DNA of 64,000 nucleotides from Candidatus Multivoradales bacterium (lineage in GTDB: Bacteria > Acidobacteriota > Thermoanaerobaculia > Multivoradales > Multivoraceae): assembly GCA_965223325.1 (NCBI GenBank), contig CBDCWI010000001.1, positions 800,001-864,000 on the forward strand, written 5' to 3'. The first letter of the stretch is position 1; each line of letters begins with the position of its first letter. Both the position numbers and the translations under genes were made by a program. Under the pieces are notes generated by a model. That model ran no database searches. It was not told the DNA's origin and worked only from the letters and a program-made list of their open reading frames with translations. Positions 50,631 through 60,965 of this stretch are shown here, one piece after another.

Positions 50631-51590
50631 CTACTCGGGGTCGCTGGGAGTGGCGGTGCGCGCGGCGTCGAGGCTCGCGGCGGCGTCGTCGATGACCATC
50701 GGCTCGGGGCTGGCGGATGCGCTGACCTCGTTCTGCTCGTTCTGGAGTTCGGTGTCCCGGTCGACGATCTGTACGGTGCCCGTCAGGGTGCGATGTGGGA
50801 AGGGGATCTCGATCCCGTTCTCGGCGAAAGAGTCGTGAATCTTGTGTTGCAGGCTGGTCTTCGCCTCGAGAAAGTTCTCACGAGTCGCCCACACTGAAAA
50901 CTGCAGAGTCACTGCTGAGTCGCCGAAACCAGTCACCATGAACACAGGCCTGGGGTCGTCGAGGCAGGTGGGATGGTTCTCGACGAGGTCGAGAAGCAGC
51001 TCGCGAACGACGGCTAGATCACTGCCGTAGGCGACCCCGATCACGAGATCGATGCGCCGGATGGGGAACCGCGAGAGATTGATCACCTCCGACTTGATGA
51101 TGTTCTCGTTGGGAATGCGTACGAAGAGGTTGTCGAACGTTCGTAGCTTGACCGACAGGAGGTCGATCGACAGAACCTCGCCCGAGGTTGCGCCGATGCG
51201 CACCGCGTCGCCGAGCTCGAAGGGTCGCTCGGAGATGAGAAACAGGCCGCTGATCAAGTTCGAAGCCGAGGTCTGGGACGCGAAGCCGATCGCCACCGTG
51301 AGCACACCCGCGGCCCCGGCCAGGAACCCGACTTCGAAACCGAGGTTGTCGAGAGCCATCAGGGTAAAGAGCGCCAGGACCGCCCAGAACCAGAGCTGAC
51401 GCAAGAGGACGGTTTGCTGCGGCGCCAGGCGCTCCTGGAAGATGCGCGCAAAGATCCTCGACACCACCCGTGCGGCAAACACGCCACCGACGAAGAGGAG
51501 TGCCGCCCGCACGCCGCCAGTGATTGCCTCGGGGCTCAACCAGGGCACCTCAGCGACCCAGCTGCGCACGCTGTCTACTGCTTCTTGCAT
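50631..51590 (-). CDS. Small-conductance mechanosensitive channel (MscS family)
   Basis: IGFASQ..SNLISG, RPFELGD, RIPN, VAYGSD, GIEIPFP. Confidence 0.92.
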   Translation of the reverse strand: MQEAVDSVRSWVAEVPWLSPEAITGGVRAALLFVGGVFAARVVSRIFARIFQERLAPQQTVLLRQLWFWAVLALFTLMALDNLGFEVGFLAGAAGVLTVAIGFASQTSASNLISGLFLISERPFELGDAVRIGATSGEVLSIDLLSVKLRTFDNLFVRIPNENIIKSEVINLSRFPIRRIDLVIGVAYGSDLAVVRELLLDLVENHPTCLDDPRPVFMVTGFGDSAVTLQFSVWATRENFLEAKTSLQHKIHDSFAENGIEIPFPHRTLTGTVQIVDRDTELQNEQNEVSASASPEPMVIDDAAASLDAARTATPSDPE

Positions 51591-51614
51591 GTCATATCGA
51601 ATCTTCGAGGAACA

Positions 51615-52424
51615 TCACGAGAACAGGTCGGCCACGCCACTGAACGCACGAATCAATGGGCTCTCTTCCTTCTGCTCCTCGCGCGCGGGCGACAGCTCCT
51701 TCGCAGCATCGCTCGGCGGCCCACTCTCGACCTCGAAGCGCGCAAACTCGCTGTCGCGTTCGCGAGTCATTTTGACCGACTGTGTCCACAAGGAGCCATC
51801 GCCACCGTCGTAGAGCGCCAGCAAGGGAACCGGAAGCTTCAAGCGTTGAAGCTCGAGAGGCTCGGAGCTGTCGTTGTGCACGCGCACGGCGGTCACTGCG
51901 CGGCGCGACATGTGAGGCACAAAGGTGCGGTCGAGCGCTGCACTCGTACGCGTGACGTAGCAGAGCTCGCCTTCGCGGCTGGTACCAAACCAGGTGTCTG
52001 ATGGACGACGCACCGGAATCTCGCACAACGACCGCTCAGGTTCGTCGAGTCCGATCTCAACCCATACCGGCGAGCCCACGAACAAGGTCACCGCTTCGCC
52101 GGCGAGAAGATGCAGGGGAATCCGCGGCAGAGTGACCACTGGGCGATCGGCCAACCGAGGCCGCAACCACAGGCCTGGCCCGGTGCGAGCGAGCGCGTAG
52201 CGTTCGAGATTCCCGTGCTGCGGCATGTCGGCTGCTTCGTCGCTCTGCCAGTCCACCCCGTCGCCTGACGGAGCCTGGTCGGCGGCCTCGACGGCCTGCT
52301 CCTGCCACGCCACCTGCCACTCTGAGGCGAACCGCGCAATCGCCAGGTCGCACCGTCCGACGCGCCAGGTCCGCACTCCGCCCTCAGAAAGCGAGTAGCG
52401 ACCCCACCAGCTCGTGAGTCCCAT
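51615..52424 (-). CDS. DUF432-like hypothetical protein
   Basis: PRLADRPVV, SDTWFG, GELCY motifs; directly upstream of mscS. Confidence 0.6.
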   Translation of the reverse strand: MGLTSWWGRYSLSEGGVRTWRVGRCDLAIARFASEWQVAWQEQAVEAADQAPSGDGVDWQSDEAADMPQHGNLERYALARTGPGLWLRPRLADRPVVTLPRIPLHLLAGEAVTLFVGSPVWVEIGLDEPERSLCEIPVRRPSDTWFGTSREGELCYVTRTSAALDRTFVPHMSRRAVTAVRVHNDSSEPLELQRLKLPVPLLALYDGGDGSLWTQSVKMTRERDSEFARFEVESGPPSDAAKELSPAREEQKEESPLIRAFSGVADLFS

Positions 52425-52441
52425 GGCGACCCAAGGCCCCT

Positions 52442-54484
52442 TCAGGCCTTGACGGAAGGCGGCGCCATGAGGTCCCGACCGACCATCTCGCGCGGCTTGC
52501 CGATCCCGAAGAACGACAGGATGGTGACCGGCAGGTCGACGATCTCGGGATCTGAAGTAGCGATCGGCTGACTCGAGAACAAGACTCCCGGTACGAGATC
52601 TTTGGCCATCGAGTGGTCGCCGGACCACGCCCAGCGGTTCAGCTCGATCAGGCTCTGGCCGGTTTCACCCAGCACCGACGCGGCCGAGTGGCGATATCCC
52701 GGGCGGTAACCCACCAGCAGCTCCGGCATGTCGGGAGTGACCGGACCGCTGTAGAGCGCATCGCGATCATAGATCTGGGCGACCGGTGCGAAGCCGGTTT
52801 CGTCATCCCGCACTGCCGCTAGGTCTTTGCGCAGCGTCGCCAGAAGGCGCTTCTCGGTCGACGAGCCGCGCTCGATGACCCCATCGCGCTCGCGCCCCTT
52901 GAGGTTGAGGTAGAGGCCGTTGAACCCCAACGCGTAGGCGTAGGTATGGGCCCAATCGATATCCAGGATCGAGGCCTCGTCTTTGTTCTTGGCGCTGTCT
53001 TTGAGCTTCAAGAGGCCCTTCTCGCGCAGCCAGGTGTTGAGGTGGAACTCTCGGCCAAACTGGGCAAAGCCGTGGTCCGAGCACACCATGAGTAGCGTGT
53101 CGTCATCTGCCGCATCGAGCACTCGCCCGACCAGCCCGTCCATCTCTTCGTAGAGATGCATCAGATAGCCGGCGAAACGCGGGTCGGCACGATCGTGCAG
53201 CGGGTGGGTCTCGTCCATGTTGCGCCACAACATGTGGGCGTCCTGATCGGTCGACGACACGTAGAAGTAGAAGAGCCCTTCCTCGAAGCGCTCCCACTCG
53301 TGCTCGAAGAGTGCCAGCCGTTCCGCCAGGATGCTCTCTGCCTGACTGACGTAGTTTTCATCGGAGAAGACACCATGGTCGAAGGCCTTGGTGTCGGCAG
53401 GAAGACCTTTGGTGTAGAAGGGGCCGATGGCGTCGGCGAGTTCGGCACCGTACTCCTCGGGCCAGGTCACCGGGGTCGCCTGCGCGGACGGGTCGATGTT
53501 GATCGGCGAAACGTAGAGCTGCAGATGTGGCCGCACACTCTTGAGCAGGAAGCGGCACATGCCGTTCGCGGTTCCAACCACCGGAATCAGTTCGAAGTCG
53601 ACCGGCACCCACTCGCTCCACTCTCCTTCACGAAGGAGCACCGTGCGCCCCGAAACGTCGATCCGCACGACGTCAGACTCGCCGTCGATGTGCACCTCGA
53701 GCGGGGTGCGCGCAAAGTCGGCATAGGGTCGGCGGTCCTTCTCGCAGTGGACCGCAAAGCTGTTCTGGGGCCCGACGAGCTCGGCACCAACGTAGCCGTC
53801 GAGCACGTCGACATAGTGCACGTAGCCGCCGCTCACATCAGGATAGTCCTCGAACGGATCAGATGTGTAGTAGTTGAAGAGCCCGTAGGCATCGGCTAGG
53901 TCGGGCGTCCCCATGCCACCGACGGCACGCGTCGCGGTTTCGTCGAGTGGGTAGTTGGTCGGGATCTTGACCACCACCGCCGGAATGCCACTCTCGGTCA
54001 ACCACGACCAGAACGGTCGCCCCCGGCGGCCACTATGCGTGTCGCCACCGCCCAGCGGCAGCTCATAGCAGCCCAACGACACGACCCGCGACGGCGGATC
54101 GGCACCGTAGATCGAAAACACCGGCAGGTACGTTTCGGGGTCCCGCATGATGAAGTCACCGATGCCATGGCCACCAGGAGTCAGGCCGGTGATGAAACTC
54201 GACCAGGCGACGGGTGAAAGCGCCGGCATCGTGGTTCCGAGCCGATGGAACGAGCCCATCCCGAGCAGCTTCTTGAAGTTCGGAGCCCGGCCAGCATCGA
54301 TCAGACCCTGGAGCAACTGTGGGTCGAGACCGTCGAGACCCAGCACCACCACCTTCTTGCCGGTACCGGTTGGCCGACGGGCACACGAGGCGAGCGATGG
54401 CCCGGTTCCGGCGACCGCCGCGCTGCCTGCGAGCAGGCGAAGGAAGTTTCGCCGATCGATCTCCTGCTGTGTTTCTCGGGTCAC
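52442..54484 (-). CDS. Tat-exported alkaline phosphatase/nucleotide pyrophosphatase superfamily lipoprotein
   Basis: DRRNFL Tat motif plus LASC lipobox; GLDGLD, SPVAWSSFITG, SDHGF, SGDH. Confidence 0.85.
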   Translation of the reverse strand: MTRETQQEIDRRNFLRLLAGSAAVAGTGPSLASCARRPTGTGKKVVVLGLDGLDPQLLQGLIDAGRAPNFKKLLGMGSFHRLGTTMPALSPVAWSSFITGLTPGGHGIGDFIMRDPETYLPVFSIYGADPPSRVVSLGCYELPLGGGDTHSGRRGRPFWSWLTESGIPAVVVKIPTNYPLDETATRAVGGMGTPDLADAYGLFNYYTSDPFEDYPDVSGGYVHYVDVLDGYVGAELVGPQNSFAVHCEKDRRPYADFARTPLEVHIDGESDVVRIDVSGRTVLLREGEWSEWVPVDFELIPVVGTANGMCRFLLKSVRPHLQLYVSPINIDPSAQATPVTWPEEYGAELADAIGPFYTKGLPADTKAFDHGVFSDENYVSQAESILAERLALFEHEWERFEEGLFYFYVSSTDQDAHMLWRNMDETHPLHDRADPRFAGYLMHLYEEMDGLVGRVLDAADDDTLLMVCSDHGFAQFGREFHLNTWLREKGLLKLKDSAKNKDEASILDIDWAHTYAYALGFNGLYLNLKGRERDGVIERGSSTEKRLLATLRKDLAAVRDDETGFAPVAQIYDRDALYSGPVTPDMPELLVGYRPGYRHSAASVLGETGQSLIELNRWAWSGDHSMAKDLVPGVLFSSQPIATSDPEIVDLPVTILSFFGIGKPREMVGRDLMAPPSVKA

Positions 54485-54508
54485 GGTTGCCTCTTCCCTG
54501 GTCGTGGC

Positions 54509-55822
54509 TCACGCGTCGTGAGCAATCTCGGGTAGCAGCTCGACGCGAACCGGCATGAGGTTCCAGGTGAACCGGCCGAGACCGTCGAGGTGCAGGGTGA
54601 GCAGTTCTTTGTGCCACTCGCCGCCCGAGTACACGTAGCGGTTGATCTCGTCGTGATCGTCGCTGGCAACGTAGAGCTCATCGGTGCCGTCGCCGTCAAG
54701 GTCTGTCAGTAAGGCCGCATGCTCGAAGCCGCCGGAGTCGGCGTCGATCAACTCCTTCTGCCACTCCCCATCGACCGAGCGCAAGAGAAACACGCCGGCC
54801 TGCTTGGCTGCCGCCACCATTTCCTTCTTGCCGTCGCCGTCGATGTCACCGGCAGTCAGAAAGCGGGTCAGCGAATCGTCGATGGTGGCGACGATCTGCC
54901 CGGCTGCAGGATCGGTATCTGCGTCGTAGCGTCGGATCTCGACCTCCCCACCCGAGACGGCCTCGATCGCGACGTAGAGTTCATCGCGACCATCACCATC
55001 GACGTCATCGACGAGGATCTCTTTGGCGTGCCGGTCGCCCATCTCCACGACGACGGTGCGTTCGCCGCCAGCCGCCGGGACGTATCGCACAACCCAGCCC
55101 TCCTGGTGCGAACCGTCCAGCTTGTTGGGCTCACTGGGCGTGGCGTAGACCTCCATCGCCCCATCGCCATCGAGGTCTCCGATCTCGACCTCGTGCACGA
55201 TGATTGCGTCGTCGCTGCTGTCGAGCAGGTCGACCTCGAAGCTGCCGTCGTCATGCGGACGCAACACGGCGACCTCGCCGCGGTCGTGGGTCGCGATGGC
55301 GATCGCCAGCGTGCCGTCGCCGTAGATGTCACCGACTTCGCCGTCTCGCATGCGAGAGAACTTGCCTCCGAAATCTTTCTGCCAGAGCGTTTCCTTCTCG
55401 CCGTTCGGACGCCACAGCTTGACCACGGCCGCGGTCCCACCGAGGGTCAAGATCCCGTCGCCGTACTCCATCGCCTTGTGGAAGACGTTGCTGTCGGAAT
55501 CTTCGAGGTAGCCGTAGTCCCAGAGCCCATCTTTCCGGGTCACCACGCCGAGCCTGGCGGGCAGGAGCTTCGGGCTGCCGTCGTCGTTCTTGTCGATCGC
55601 CGCCAGAGCGACCAACAAACCGCGGGAAAGGTCATCGGGCACGGTGGGCGATACCGCGGCGTCGGTGGAGCCGGCATCGCTCTCTTCGTTGGCAGTTTCT
55701 CCTCCGCTGCAGCTGGCCAGCAAGCCAACGAGGAGAATAGCCGTCAGGAGGAGTCGAAGAAGCGCTCGACGCTCGGGCACTGGACGATAGGAGAAGGGGT
55801 CAACGGGTTGGCTCGGGTTCAT
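54509..55822 (-). CDS. FG-GAP/VCBS repeat lipoprotein
   Basis: Lipobox LASC; five DxDGDG Ca-binding-type loops. Confidence 0.8.
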   Translation of the reverse strand: MNPSQPVDPFSYRPVPERRALLRLLLTAILLVGLLASCSGGETANEESDAGSTDAAVSPTVPDDLSRGLLVALAAIDKNDDGSPKLLPARLGVVTRKDGLWDYGYLEDSDSNVFHKAMEYGDGILTLGGTAAVVKLWRPNGEKETLWQKDFGGKFSRMRDGEVGDIYGDGTLAIAIATHDRGEVAVLRPHDDGSFEVDLLDSSDDAIIVHEVEIGDLDGDGAMEVYATPSEPNKLDGSHQEGWVVRYVPAAGGERTVVVEMGDRHAKEILVDDVDGDGRDELYVAIEAVSGGEVEIRRYDADTDPAAGQIVATIDDSLTRFLTAGDIDGDGKKEMVAAAKQAGVFLLRSVDGEWQKELIDADSGGFEHAALLTDLDGDGTDELYVASDDHDEINRYVYSGGEWHKELLTLHLDGLGRFTWNLMPVRVELLPEIAHDA

Positions 55823-56097
55823 GAAATCGTTCTCTCTTGGTGTTCACCCTGAACCGCTCCCCTGCTGGCAACCTGCAGGTGTGGCCGTTCGAGGCGGGTG
55901 TCGCCGCGGCAGGACTCTCGAGGGCGCAGTGGTAAAACGGCGACGGGCAGCGGGCGCGCTCGGGGCGCCAACCGGGGTGGCTGTCTCCTGGGGAGTCGAG
56001 GAGGCCTCGACGGTACTGAAGCTGTGGCGATCCTAGCAGTCTCCTCGGCCGCCGGGGCCGGATCGGCTGACACTCCACCGTGCTACCCTGCCGCGCG

Positions 56098-56688
56098 ATG
56101 TCAGCCGCCGCTTTTGCCCAGCGCCTCCACCGCCTCGGCGCCGTCCAATTCGGAGAGTTCACCCTCAAAGACGGCTCGCTATCGCCGGTCTACTGCGACC
56201 TCCGGCTACTCATCTCAGACGCGATGACCCTGCGCGCCGCCGGCGACGAATTCGCCCGCCTGCTGGCCAGCCTGCAGTTCGATCGGCTGGCAGCGATTCC
56301 CTACGCTGGACTGCCGCTGGGCACGGCCGCGGCCCTGGCAGCCGAGGTGCCACTGATCTTTCCGCGCAAGGAGAAGAAGGAGTATGGCACCGGGAAGACG
56401 ATCGAGGGGCGCTTTGCCCCTGGGGAGCGCGCCGTGGTGCTCGACGACTTGATCTCGAGCGGCAAGAGCAAGCTCGAGGCCATCGCCCCGCTCGAAGCCG
56501 CCGGGCTCGAGGTGTCCGACATCGTCGTGCTCATCGACCGCCGACCTGCCGGACCCTGCGAGGTCGAGGACGCCGGTTACGCGGTGCACGCCGCGTTCAC
56601 CCTGCCCGAGATTGCTGCCGCGCTTGCCGACGGTGGACGGATTGAGGCGAGTGAACGGCGGGCGATCGAGAAGTTCCTCGGCGGTTGA
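56098..56688 (+). CDS. pyrE: Orotate phosphoribosyltransferase
   Basis: FGEFTLKDG..SPVYCDLR, RKEKKEYGT, VVLDDLISSG PRPP motif. Confidence 0.92.
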   Translation: MSAAAFAQRLHRLGAVQFGEFTLKDGSLSPVYCDLRLLISDAMTLRAAGDEFARLLASLQFDRLAAIPYAGLPLGTAAALAAEVPLIFPRKEKKEYGTGKTIEGRFAPGERAVVLDDLISSGKSKLEAIAPLEAAGLEVSDIVVLIDRRPAGPCEVEDAGYAVHAAFTLPEIAAALADGGRIEASERRAIEKFLGG

Positions 56689-56716
56689 GCCCCGGCGGGT
56701 CGACCGAACCACTTCG

Positions 56717-57000
56717 AACCGCAGCACTCGCCAGAACAGGGACGGCTCGATCTCCGTCCTTGCCGCTTTCTTTGTTGCTTCTTGTGGTTGGTGGTTGTGG
56801 TTGGTTGTTGGTGGTTCGTGGTTGGTGGTTGGTTGTTGGTGGTTCGTGGTTGGTGGTTGGTTGTTGGTTGTTGGTTGTTGGTTGTTGGTTGTTGGAGATG
56901 TTGGGGCGGGATCGGCCGTGCGGGCGGGCGATGGGCGACGGTCCAGGGCACGGCGACGCTTTTTCGGACTGCGGTGGGTAGCGCCACCTGCGCTCGACGG
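56717..57000 (+). repeat. Left copy of an inverted repeat pair, interrupted by a microsatellite
   Basis: AACAGGGACGGCTCGATCTCCGTCCTTGCCGCTT and TCCAGGGCACGGCGACGCTT match the reverse complement of 58514-58702. Confidence 0.85.
56783..56895 (+). repeat. G/T-rich microsatellite (GGTTGTT/GGTTGGT-based)
   Basis: About 110 bp of almost only G and T, ending in a run of GGTTGTT heptamers. Confidence 0.93.
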
Positions 57001-57100
57001 CCGCGTATCGTTTGTCGCCTGCGATGGCAGTACTAGTTCGGCCGTCGAGGGCACCCTGGACCGTCGCCCATGCGCCCGCCCGCACTCTCGCGCTACAAAC

Positions 57101-57647
57101 ATCGTCAGCACGACAGGTGGGGACGCGGCATCTGGACGGACGGGGATCTCGCTCAGGGCGGGGGGTTGGGTGGTGGCGTGTCGGTTGGGAGAGAGCTGGG
57201 CTGTCTACCGCTGGCGAGGTCACTGAGAGAGCTACGACCATCGTCAGCACAGGAGGGGGGGCGCCGGCATCTGGACGGACGGGGATCTCGCTCAGGGCGG
57301 GGGGTTGGGTGGTGGCGTGTCGGTTGGGAGAGAGCTGGGCTGTCTACCGCTGGCGAGGTCACTGAGAGAGCTACGACCATCGTCAGCACAGGAGGGGGGG
57401 CACCGGCCTCTGGACGGACGGGGATCTCGCTCAGGGCGGGGGTTGGGTGGTGGCGTCTCGGTTGGGAGAGAGCTGGGCTGTTCGCCGCTGGCGAGGTCAC
57501 TGAGAGAGCTACGACCATCGTCAGCACAGGAGGGGGGCGCCGGCATCTGGACGGACGGGGATCTCGCTCAGGGCGGGGGTTGGGTGGTGGCGTCTCGGTT
57601 GGGAGAGAGCTGGGCTGTTCGCCGCTGGCGAGGTCACTGAGAGAGCT
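57101..57647 (+). repeat. G-rich tandem array, four units of 138-139 bp
   Basis: ATCGTCAGCA at 57101, 57240, 57379 and 57517. Confidence 0.95.
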
Positions 57648-57782
57648 CGATTGAGCCGGTTGGACCGGTTGCCCGGGTCGACCTACGCGGGACGGAACTA
57701 GGATCGGCCGCCGACTGATCGCCCGAGTCGAACCGCAGTGATCGCCGGACTGAAGCCGCTATTCGGCTGTATCGTGTCTATG

Positions 57783-58493
57783 ATGGCTACTGACCGGATA
57801 TCAGAGGCGCGTCAACGCGCCACGCTCCGTGCGCTGCTCGTGGCGACCCTGGAGCTCGGTCGGGTTCCGACCCGGGCCGAGCTTGGCGATCGGGTCGAAG
57901 GCACGCCGGATGCACTTCGGCGGGACCTCATCGCGCTAGCGGAAGCACACGAGGTGGTGCTGGAAGACACCCTCGAGGTGCGCATGTTGATGCCGTTCTC
58001 GGCGCGCCAGACGCAGCATGTCGTCCGCGCCTCAGGACAGAGGTGGTTCGCCAACTGCGCCTGGGATGCGTTGGGCATTCCCCAGGCACTTGCAGGGATG
58101 GGGACGGCGAAAGAGCGAACCAGTGAACCGGCGTGGCCCCTCGGCGCGGCCATCGAGACCAGCTGTCCAATCACCGGCGAGATCTTCGGAGTCGAGCGAG
58201 GAGATCCCTGGTGCGCACACTTCGCGGTTCCCGCCAGCCGCTGGTGGGAGGACATCGGCTTCACCTGAGCGACCATCCTGTTCTTCCGGTCGGAAGAAGA
58301 CGTTTCGAGATGGTGCAAGGAGCGGCGATCAGACCCCGGTGCCATTCTCGATCTAGAGACGCTCAACGACCTGGCAAGCATCTGGTGGGGAGGCCGTTTG
58401 CGTCCCGACTGGCGTCGTAGGACACTAGTCGAGGCGCAGGCAGTCTTCGAGAGTCTCGGGCTGACCTGCTCCTTCTGGGACCTCAGCGCATGA
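57783..58493 (+). CDS. MerB-like organomercurial lyase, predicted selenoprotein (UGA 58266-58268 = Sec)
   Basis: N-terminal HTH, MPFS, FANCAWDA (CxxD); the frame continues for 74 codons after the TGA (ATILFFRSEE...FWDLSA*). Confidence 0.8.
58281..58298 (+). promoter_or_regulatory. Putative bacterial SECIS hairpin
   Basis: TTCTTCC-GGTC-GGAAGAA perfect 7-bp stem with a G/GU-containing apical loop, starting 12 nt after the in-frame TGA. Confidence 0.72.
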
Positions 58494-58513
58494 CAACGAG
58501 CAAGGACACCGGA

Positions 58514-58702
58514 CCGTCGAGCCTAGCCTCTATCGAGGCCAGCGGGCGGCGCTGCCCGCGGTAGTCCGAACAAGCGTCGCCGTGCCCTGGAGCGCCGCCC
58601 ATCGCCCTCCACACGGCCGACCCTGCCCCAACACTTCCGACAACCTGAACCGAGAAGCGGCAAGGACGGAGATCGAGCCGTCCCTGTTGTGGTACTGCGG
58701 TT
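58514..58702 (-). repeat. Right copy of the inverted repeat pair
   Basis: Its reverse complement aligns with 56717-56770 and 56899-57000. Confidence 0.85.
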
Positions 58703-58926
58703 GGGTCGCGAGAACTCTGAGGTGCCGGAGCTTTGCGCGCCGACTTTCGGCTGGCAAGAGAATGTGAGATTCTTCCCGTTCGCCAACCACCGACAACTCG
58801 ATCTCGCATCCAACCGGCCGCCCGCTGCCACGCGCTACCAGCGTGGAGCGCCGTTCGCCGCCCAGATGGCCTGTCGCTGAAACGACAGAGGGCCCACTGC
58901 GTACACAAGAGCGACACCCCTTCACC

Positions 58927-60150
58927 ATGGCCATGACCCAGCACACCGACTCCGAATCCCCGCGACCCAAGCTCGACCTGTCGGCGCTCTCGATGGACGA
59001 GACCGAGCGCGAACCGCCACGCCGGCGCCTGGGGCTCCTGGCCGCCATCCTCTTGCCGTTGGTTGCGATTGCCGTCCTGGTGATCCCGCGGCTCGACCTG
59101 CCGTTCCTGCTTCCCGAGGTCGAGACCACGACCGTCCAGAGCATCACCCCCACCCAAAGCCAGACAGTGCTCACCGCGACCGGCTACACCTATGCCCGCA
59201 CCCGCGCCGCCGTGGGTTCGAAGATCATTGGGCGGGTCGTTGACCTGCGGGTCGACGAAGGCGACCGCGTCAGACGCGGCGATGTGATCACGGTGCTCGA
59301 CAGCGACGACCTGCGCGCGGCGCTGCGCCAGGCGGAGGCCCGGCTCGCCGAGGCAGAGGCGCGTCTCGTTGACGCCGAGCGTGAGTTCGGCCGCCAAGAG
59401 CGTCTGGTCGACGCCGGCATCAACGCCCAAGCGGCCTACGACAGCGCCGAGACCCAGCTCGGCATCGCCCGCGCCACCGTCGACACCGCCCAGGCCGCCG
59501 TCGATTCGGTCAACGCCAACCTCGCCTACACCGTCATCCACTCACCCATCGACGGCGTCGTGATCGAACGCAACGTCGAGGTCGGCGAAATGGTGGCGCC
59601 CGGCGGCTTCACCAGCCAACAGTCGACCGGTGCCATCGTTCGCCTCGCCGACCCCCAGTCGCTCGAAGTCGAAGCCGACGTCAACGAGTCCTATGTGTCG
59701 CGGCTGGTTTCCGGCATGCCGGCGCGCATCAAGGTCGACGCGGTCCCTGACCACACCTACAACGGCGAACTGCGGCAGATCGTGCCGACGGCCGATCGCC
59801 AGCGCGCCGTGGTCGAGGTCAAGGTCACGATCGACGACCGCGACGAGCGCCTGGTGCCTGACATGAGCTGTTCGGTGACGTTTCTCGAGGAAGGCACCGA
59901 TCGCGCGGCGCTCGACGCCGAGCCACGCTTGATGGTCGCCGGTTCAGCGCTCCTCTATGAAGGGGGCGAGGTCTTTGTCTATCGGGTCACCGAAGGGCGG
60001 CTGCGCAAGGTGCGCGTCGACGTCTCGGAGGGTGACGGAGCTGCAGCCGACATGGTTCAAGTCACCGGCGGAGTCGCAGCCGGTGACGTGCTCGTGCGAC
60101 GCCCAACCGCCGAGCTGAGCGACGGTCTCGACGTGCGAGTCGCCGGGTAG
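58927..60150 (+). CDS. Efflux periplasmic adaptor subunit (MacA/HlyD-like)
   Basis: TM anchor, lipoyl-like halves (VDEGDRV, SPIDGVV..VEVGE), helical hairpin. Confidence 0.9.
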   Translation: MAMTQHTDSESPRPKLDLSALSMDETEREPPRRRLGLLAAILLPLVAIAVLVIPRLDLPFLLPEVETTTVQSITPTQSQTVLTATGYTYARTRAAVGSKIIGRVVDLRVDEGDRVRRGDVITVLDSDDLRAALRQAEARLAEAEARLVDAEREFGRQERLVDAGINAQAAYDSAETQLGIARATVDTAQAAVDSVNANLAYTVIHSPIDGVVIERNVEVGEMVAPGGFTSQQSTGAIVRLADPQSLEVEADVNESYVSRLVSGMPARIKVDAVPDHTYNGELRQIVPTADRQRAVVEVKVTIDDRDERLVPDMSCSVTFLEEGTDRAALDAEPRLMVAGSALLYEGGEVFVYRVTEGRLRKVRVDVSEGDGAAADMVQVTGGVAAGDVLVRRPTAELSDGLDVRVAG

Positions 60151-60227
60151 CACGCCCCGCAGAGCATCGCCGGCGGTATGGTCAAGAGAACCCCACGAAG
60201 AGTGAACGTCTTTCCAGGAGAGACCGT

Positions 60228-60965
60228 ATGTCTGAAGCCAATAGCCCGCTCGTCCACGTCGAGAACGTCGTCAAGACCTACGAGCGCGATTCATTCGAGA
60301 TCAAGGTACTCGATGGTCTCTCGCTGGTCGCCAATGAAGGTGAGTTCCTGGCGCTCATGGGGCCCTCGGGCTCCGGCAAGAGCACGCTGCTCAACCTGTT
60401 GGCCGGCATCGACCGTCCTACCTCCGGCAAGATCCGCGTTGCAGGCCAGGACGTCACCAGCCTCAGCGAGTCTCAGATGGCACGCTGGCGACAGCGCCAC
60501 ATCGGCTTCATCTTCCAGTTCTACAACCTGGTACCAGTGCTCAACGCGTTCGAGAACGTCGAGCTCCCGCTCACCCTGACCCGGCTGGGAAAGGCCGAGC
60601 GCAGGAAGAAGGTCGAGGTGGCGCTCGAGGTCGTTGGCCTCGCGGACCGCATGACGCACTATCCGCGCCAGCTTTCGGGCGGCCAGGAACAGCGCGTCGC
60701 CATCGCCCGCGCCATCGTCACCGACCCGACCCTCTTGCTCGCCGACGAACCCACCGGCGACCTCGACGCCGAGTCCGCAACCGAGATCCTCGACCTCCTC
60801 GGAGCCTTGAACAGCGACTACGGCAAGACCATTCTGATGGTCACCCACGACCCGCGCGCCGCCCAGCGCGCCTCGCGCCAGATCCGCCTCGACAAGGGGC
60901 GCCTGATCGATGGCCAGGACCACGTCGACGCTGCGGTCACGGCCGCCGAGGAGGTCTCTGCATGA
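60228..60965 (+). CDS. ABC transporter ATP-binding protein (MacB/LolD-like)
   Basis: [28 protein letters not shown]. Confidence 0.95.
   Translation: MSEANSPLVHVENVVKTYERDSFEIKVLDGLSLVANEGEFLALMGPSGSGKSTLLNLLAGIDRPTSGKIRVAGQDVTSLSESQMARWRQRHIGFIFQFYNLVPVLNAFENVELPLTLTRLGKAERRKKVEVALEVVGLADRMTHYPRQLSGGQEQRVAIARAIVTDPTLLLADEPTGDLDAESATEILDLLGALNSDYGKTILMVTHDPRAAQRASRQIRLDKGRLIDGQDHVDAAVTAAEEVSA

Noticed and set aside
56577-57654. ORFs across the microsatellite and 139-bp array
   Set aside because: Low-complexity translations of non-coding repeats in several frames.
57738-58268. Truncated merB pseudogene
   Set aside because: The downstream frame is intact and MerB-like, and a SECIS-like hairpin follows the TGA; recoding is the better explanation, although unproven.
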